From Eledone cirrhosa (taxonomy: Eukaryota), in the NCBI GenBank assembly GCA_964016885.1, contig OZ024747.1:68820001-68884000 (forward strand): a stretch of 64,000 bases of DNA, written 5' to 3'. Each line of letters starts with the position of its first letter. Positions within the stretch are counted from its first letter, which is position 1. This document shows positions 61,838 to 64,000 of the stretch, in pieces. The position numbers were made by a program, and so were the translations under genes. The notes under the pieces were generated by a model that was given only the letters and a program-made list of their open reading frames with translations, had not been told where the DNA came from and ran no database searches.

Positions 61838-62035
61838 CGGGGGTAGGTTAAAAAGTTTATAGGCTGAATGTGAGGGAGTAATGCTAGTGCTAGGAAATCT
61901 TGCATGCGCTAATTTCAACTCTTCTTATTAATGACTGCAGGGTTTCTTTCCAAGGACTATGTTAAAAAATATACCTGATTTGGTCATTCCATGAGAGTAT
62001 CTTGGTCAGACTATGAACTTTTCAGCTGACCCTCT
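61838..62035. mobile_element. mariner-type MITE
   Basis: TA-CGGGGGTAGGTTAAAAAGTTTATAG / CTATGAACTTTTCAGCTGACCCTCT-TA degenerate TIRs. Confidence 0.55.
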
Positions 62036-62970
62036 TATGTACAATACTTTCACCATTCAACACCTATTTTCCATATTTGCATTGGTTAGACAGGTTATCA
62101 CGTACTGTGCCTAGATTGGGTGGCTGACCATGTCTTGCCCATATGCTCAGTTTTTGACTTAATTTCTAGGGCAACTTGCCAACTACTTTACAGCATGTAC
62201 TGGGAGCATTTTATTGTGGCACCAGCACTACCAACGTACAGGGTGGATTAGGTGCTTTTTTCGTGGTGCCAGCACAATCACATTACAGTGTGGACTGGGT
62301 GCTTCTTTTCTTGGTACCACCACTACCATTAGACAGCTGGATGCATTAGATATGGTGGCATTGATGGAAGTGGGTGGTGTGTCACACAACCTTGGGAGAG
62401 GAAGTGTCAAGTCATGGATGTGCCTAGGAAGAGAGTGAGCTGCACCAGGTGGTATATTGTTAGACCACCTGGTTCTCCATGCTAGTAGGGGTGGCACTAG
62501 GAAGTAGGAAGCAGATCTTTCTTCCATGATGACATGGATTTGACAAGGAAGGGGAATTGAGGAATGGGAGTGTGAAGCACAAAGTGGGAACAGGGGGCAC
62601 TTTTCTTCTATCTAAATATATCATATCATATATATATATATATGATATATATGAGTCCTGGGTTCAATCGGGGGCGTAACCACAGCAAGTAAGGTACTCA
62701 ATATGTTAGTAGAGTGTAAACATAAAATCTTTTTTATATACTGTATATATATATATCTAATAAACACATTCACAGACGCACACACACATATATATATATA
62801 TACACATGTAAATTTTCCCTCTACCTCACTAAAAGGACTCCTTTCAATCGTGGATTTTTATTTTGCTTCCCTTCTTTCTTGCCTTTATTTACAAACCCTA
62901 AAAATAAATTTAAGGGAACTCCATGTAAACACACACACACACCCTACACACACACACACCAAACATACAC

Positions 62971-63002
<32 letters not shown>

Positions 63003-63135
63003 CACACAAGAAAAACTTTATCCATTCCTGCTTATTTTTAGCTATTTACTGCTTAATTTTAGCTATTTTTACAAACCCTGAAAATAATTTGACCTTTTGA
63101 CACAAGAAGACCCCACCTAAGTGCAGACACACATG

Positions 63136-63189
<54 letters not shown>

Positions 63190-63930
63190 AACACATACAC
63201 TACAGAACAAAGAAATGCCATTTAGACCATTCTTTAGGAATAGAAAAGGAATTTTCTATTTAAACCAGTAGAATTTTCTAGTGAATCAATTGAACACTGA
63301 CTCTTCCAAACCCCCTTCCTACATCCCCACCCCACCTTTACAAAGAACATATGTATAAAAAGAAATGTGGACATATGTTATAACTGCCCCCAGAATATGA
63401 GAACAAACTTTTTTATTTGATAACATTGACATACCAATCAATACTGGTAATATTTCACAAAATTTCAATCTATTTAATATAACAACTATAAAATTTATTC
63501 TTAAATATACCCCTGTGTCTTTTTACATTTACTTTTTACCTATAATTTCGGATTTATATGGAACTTTAAGCTCCTTTTTCAACCACACACACACATATAA
63601 TATTATATCTGTATAAATACCACACTTCTTAATTTATATATGTTTAGTGCTTTCGCAGAATTAAAAATTCTAAAGTAAATTTTCCAGTCAGGGCTTCTGT
63701 TGTTGCTTCAATATACATATATATATGAAAACAACTCAATGATAGATAACTATTTATATCAACAGTTTAACCTAAATCAAACAGTTAATCCAAATATTCT
63801 CAACTTCCACATTGTACAGCTTGCTTTCTTTTTTCCTTCATACCAATATTTAAATACTATAGTTTAAACACATATCCAAATAGTAGGTATAATAAAGAAA
63901 ATTATTGTGTACAGGGTTCAGGTGTACTAC

Positions 63931-64000
<70 letters not shown>

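Overview
AT-rich, microsatellite-saturated animal genomic DNA. The SINE/RTE repeat content and (TA)n density suggest a coleoid cephalopod such as Octopus (inference). One protein-coding gene is supported: a minus-strand hunchback orthologue with three visible coding exons (51115-49629, 34320-34091, 32099-29118). All splice sites are GT-AG with consistent phases, giving about 1550 aa, nine C2H2 fingers, an unusual His/acidic LRHxD/E repeat domain and a long Q/P tract. Almost all other long ORFs are microsatellite artefacts. The rest is SINEs, LINE fragments (RTE, R4-like), MITEs and satellites. The most striking signal is a set of about 15 short (50-250 bp) elements of several sequence families embedded in (TA)n tracts. 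Many carry hand-foldable minimal type-I hammerhead ribozymes, several are fold-back palindromes whose turn lies in or beside a ribozyme helix, and most share a GAGYRCTY palindrome 20-60 nt from the TA junction. They most resemble Penelope-like retroelement termini. They cluster 1.2-5 kb downstream of the hunchback stop codon and just upstream of its first visible coding exon. All RNA folds were done by eye and are not computationally or experimentally verified.
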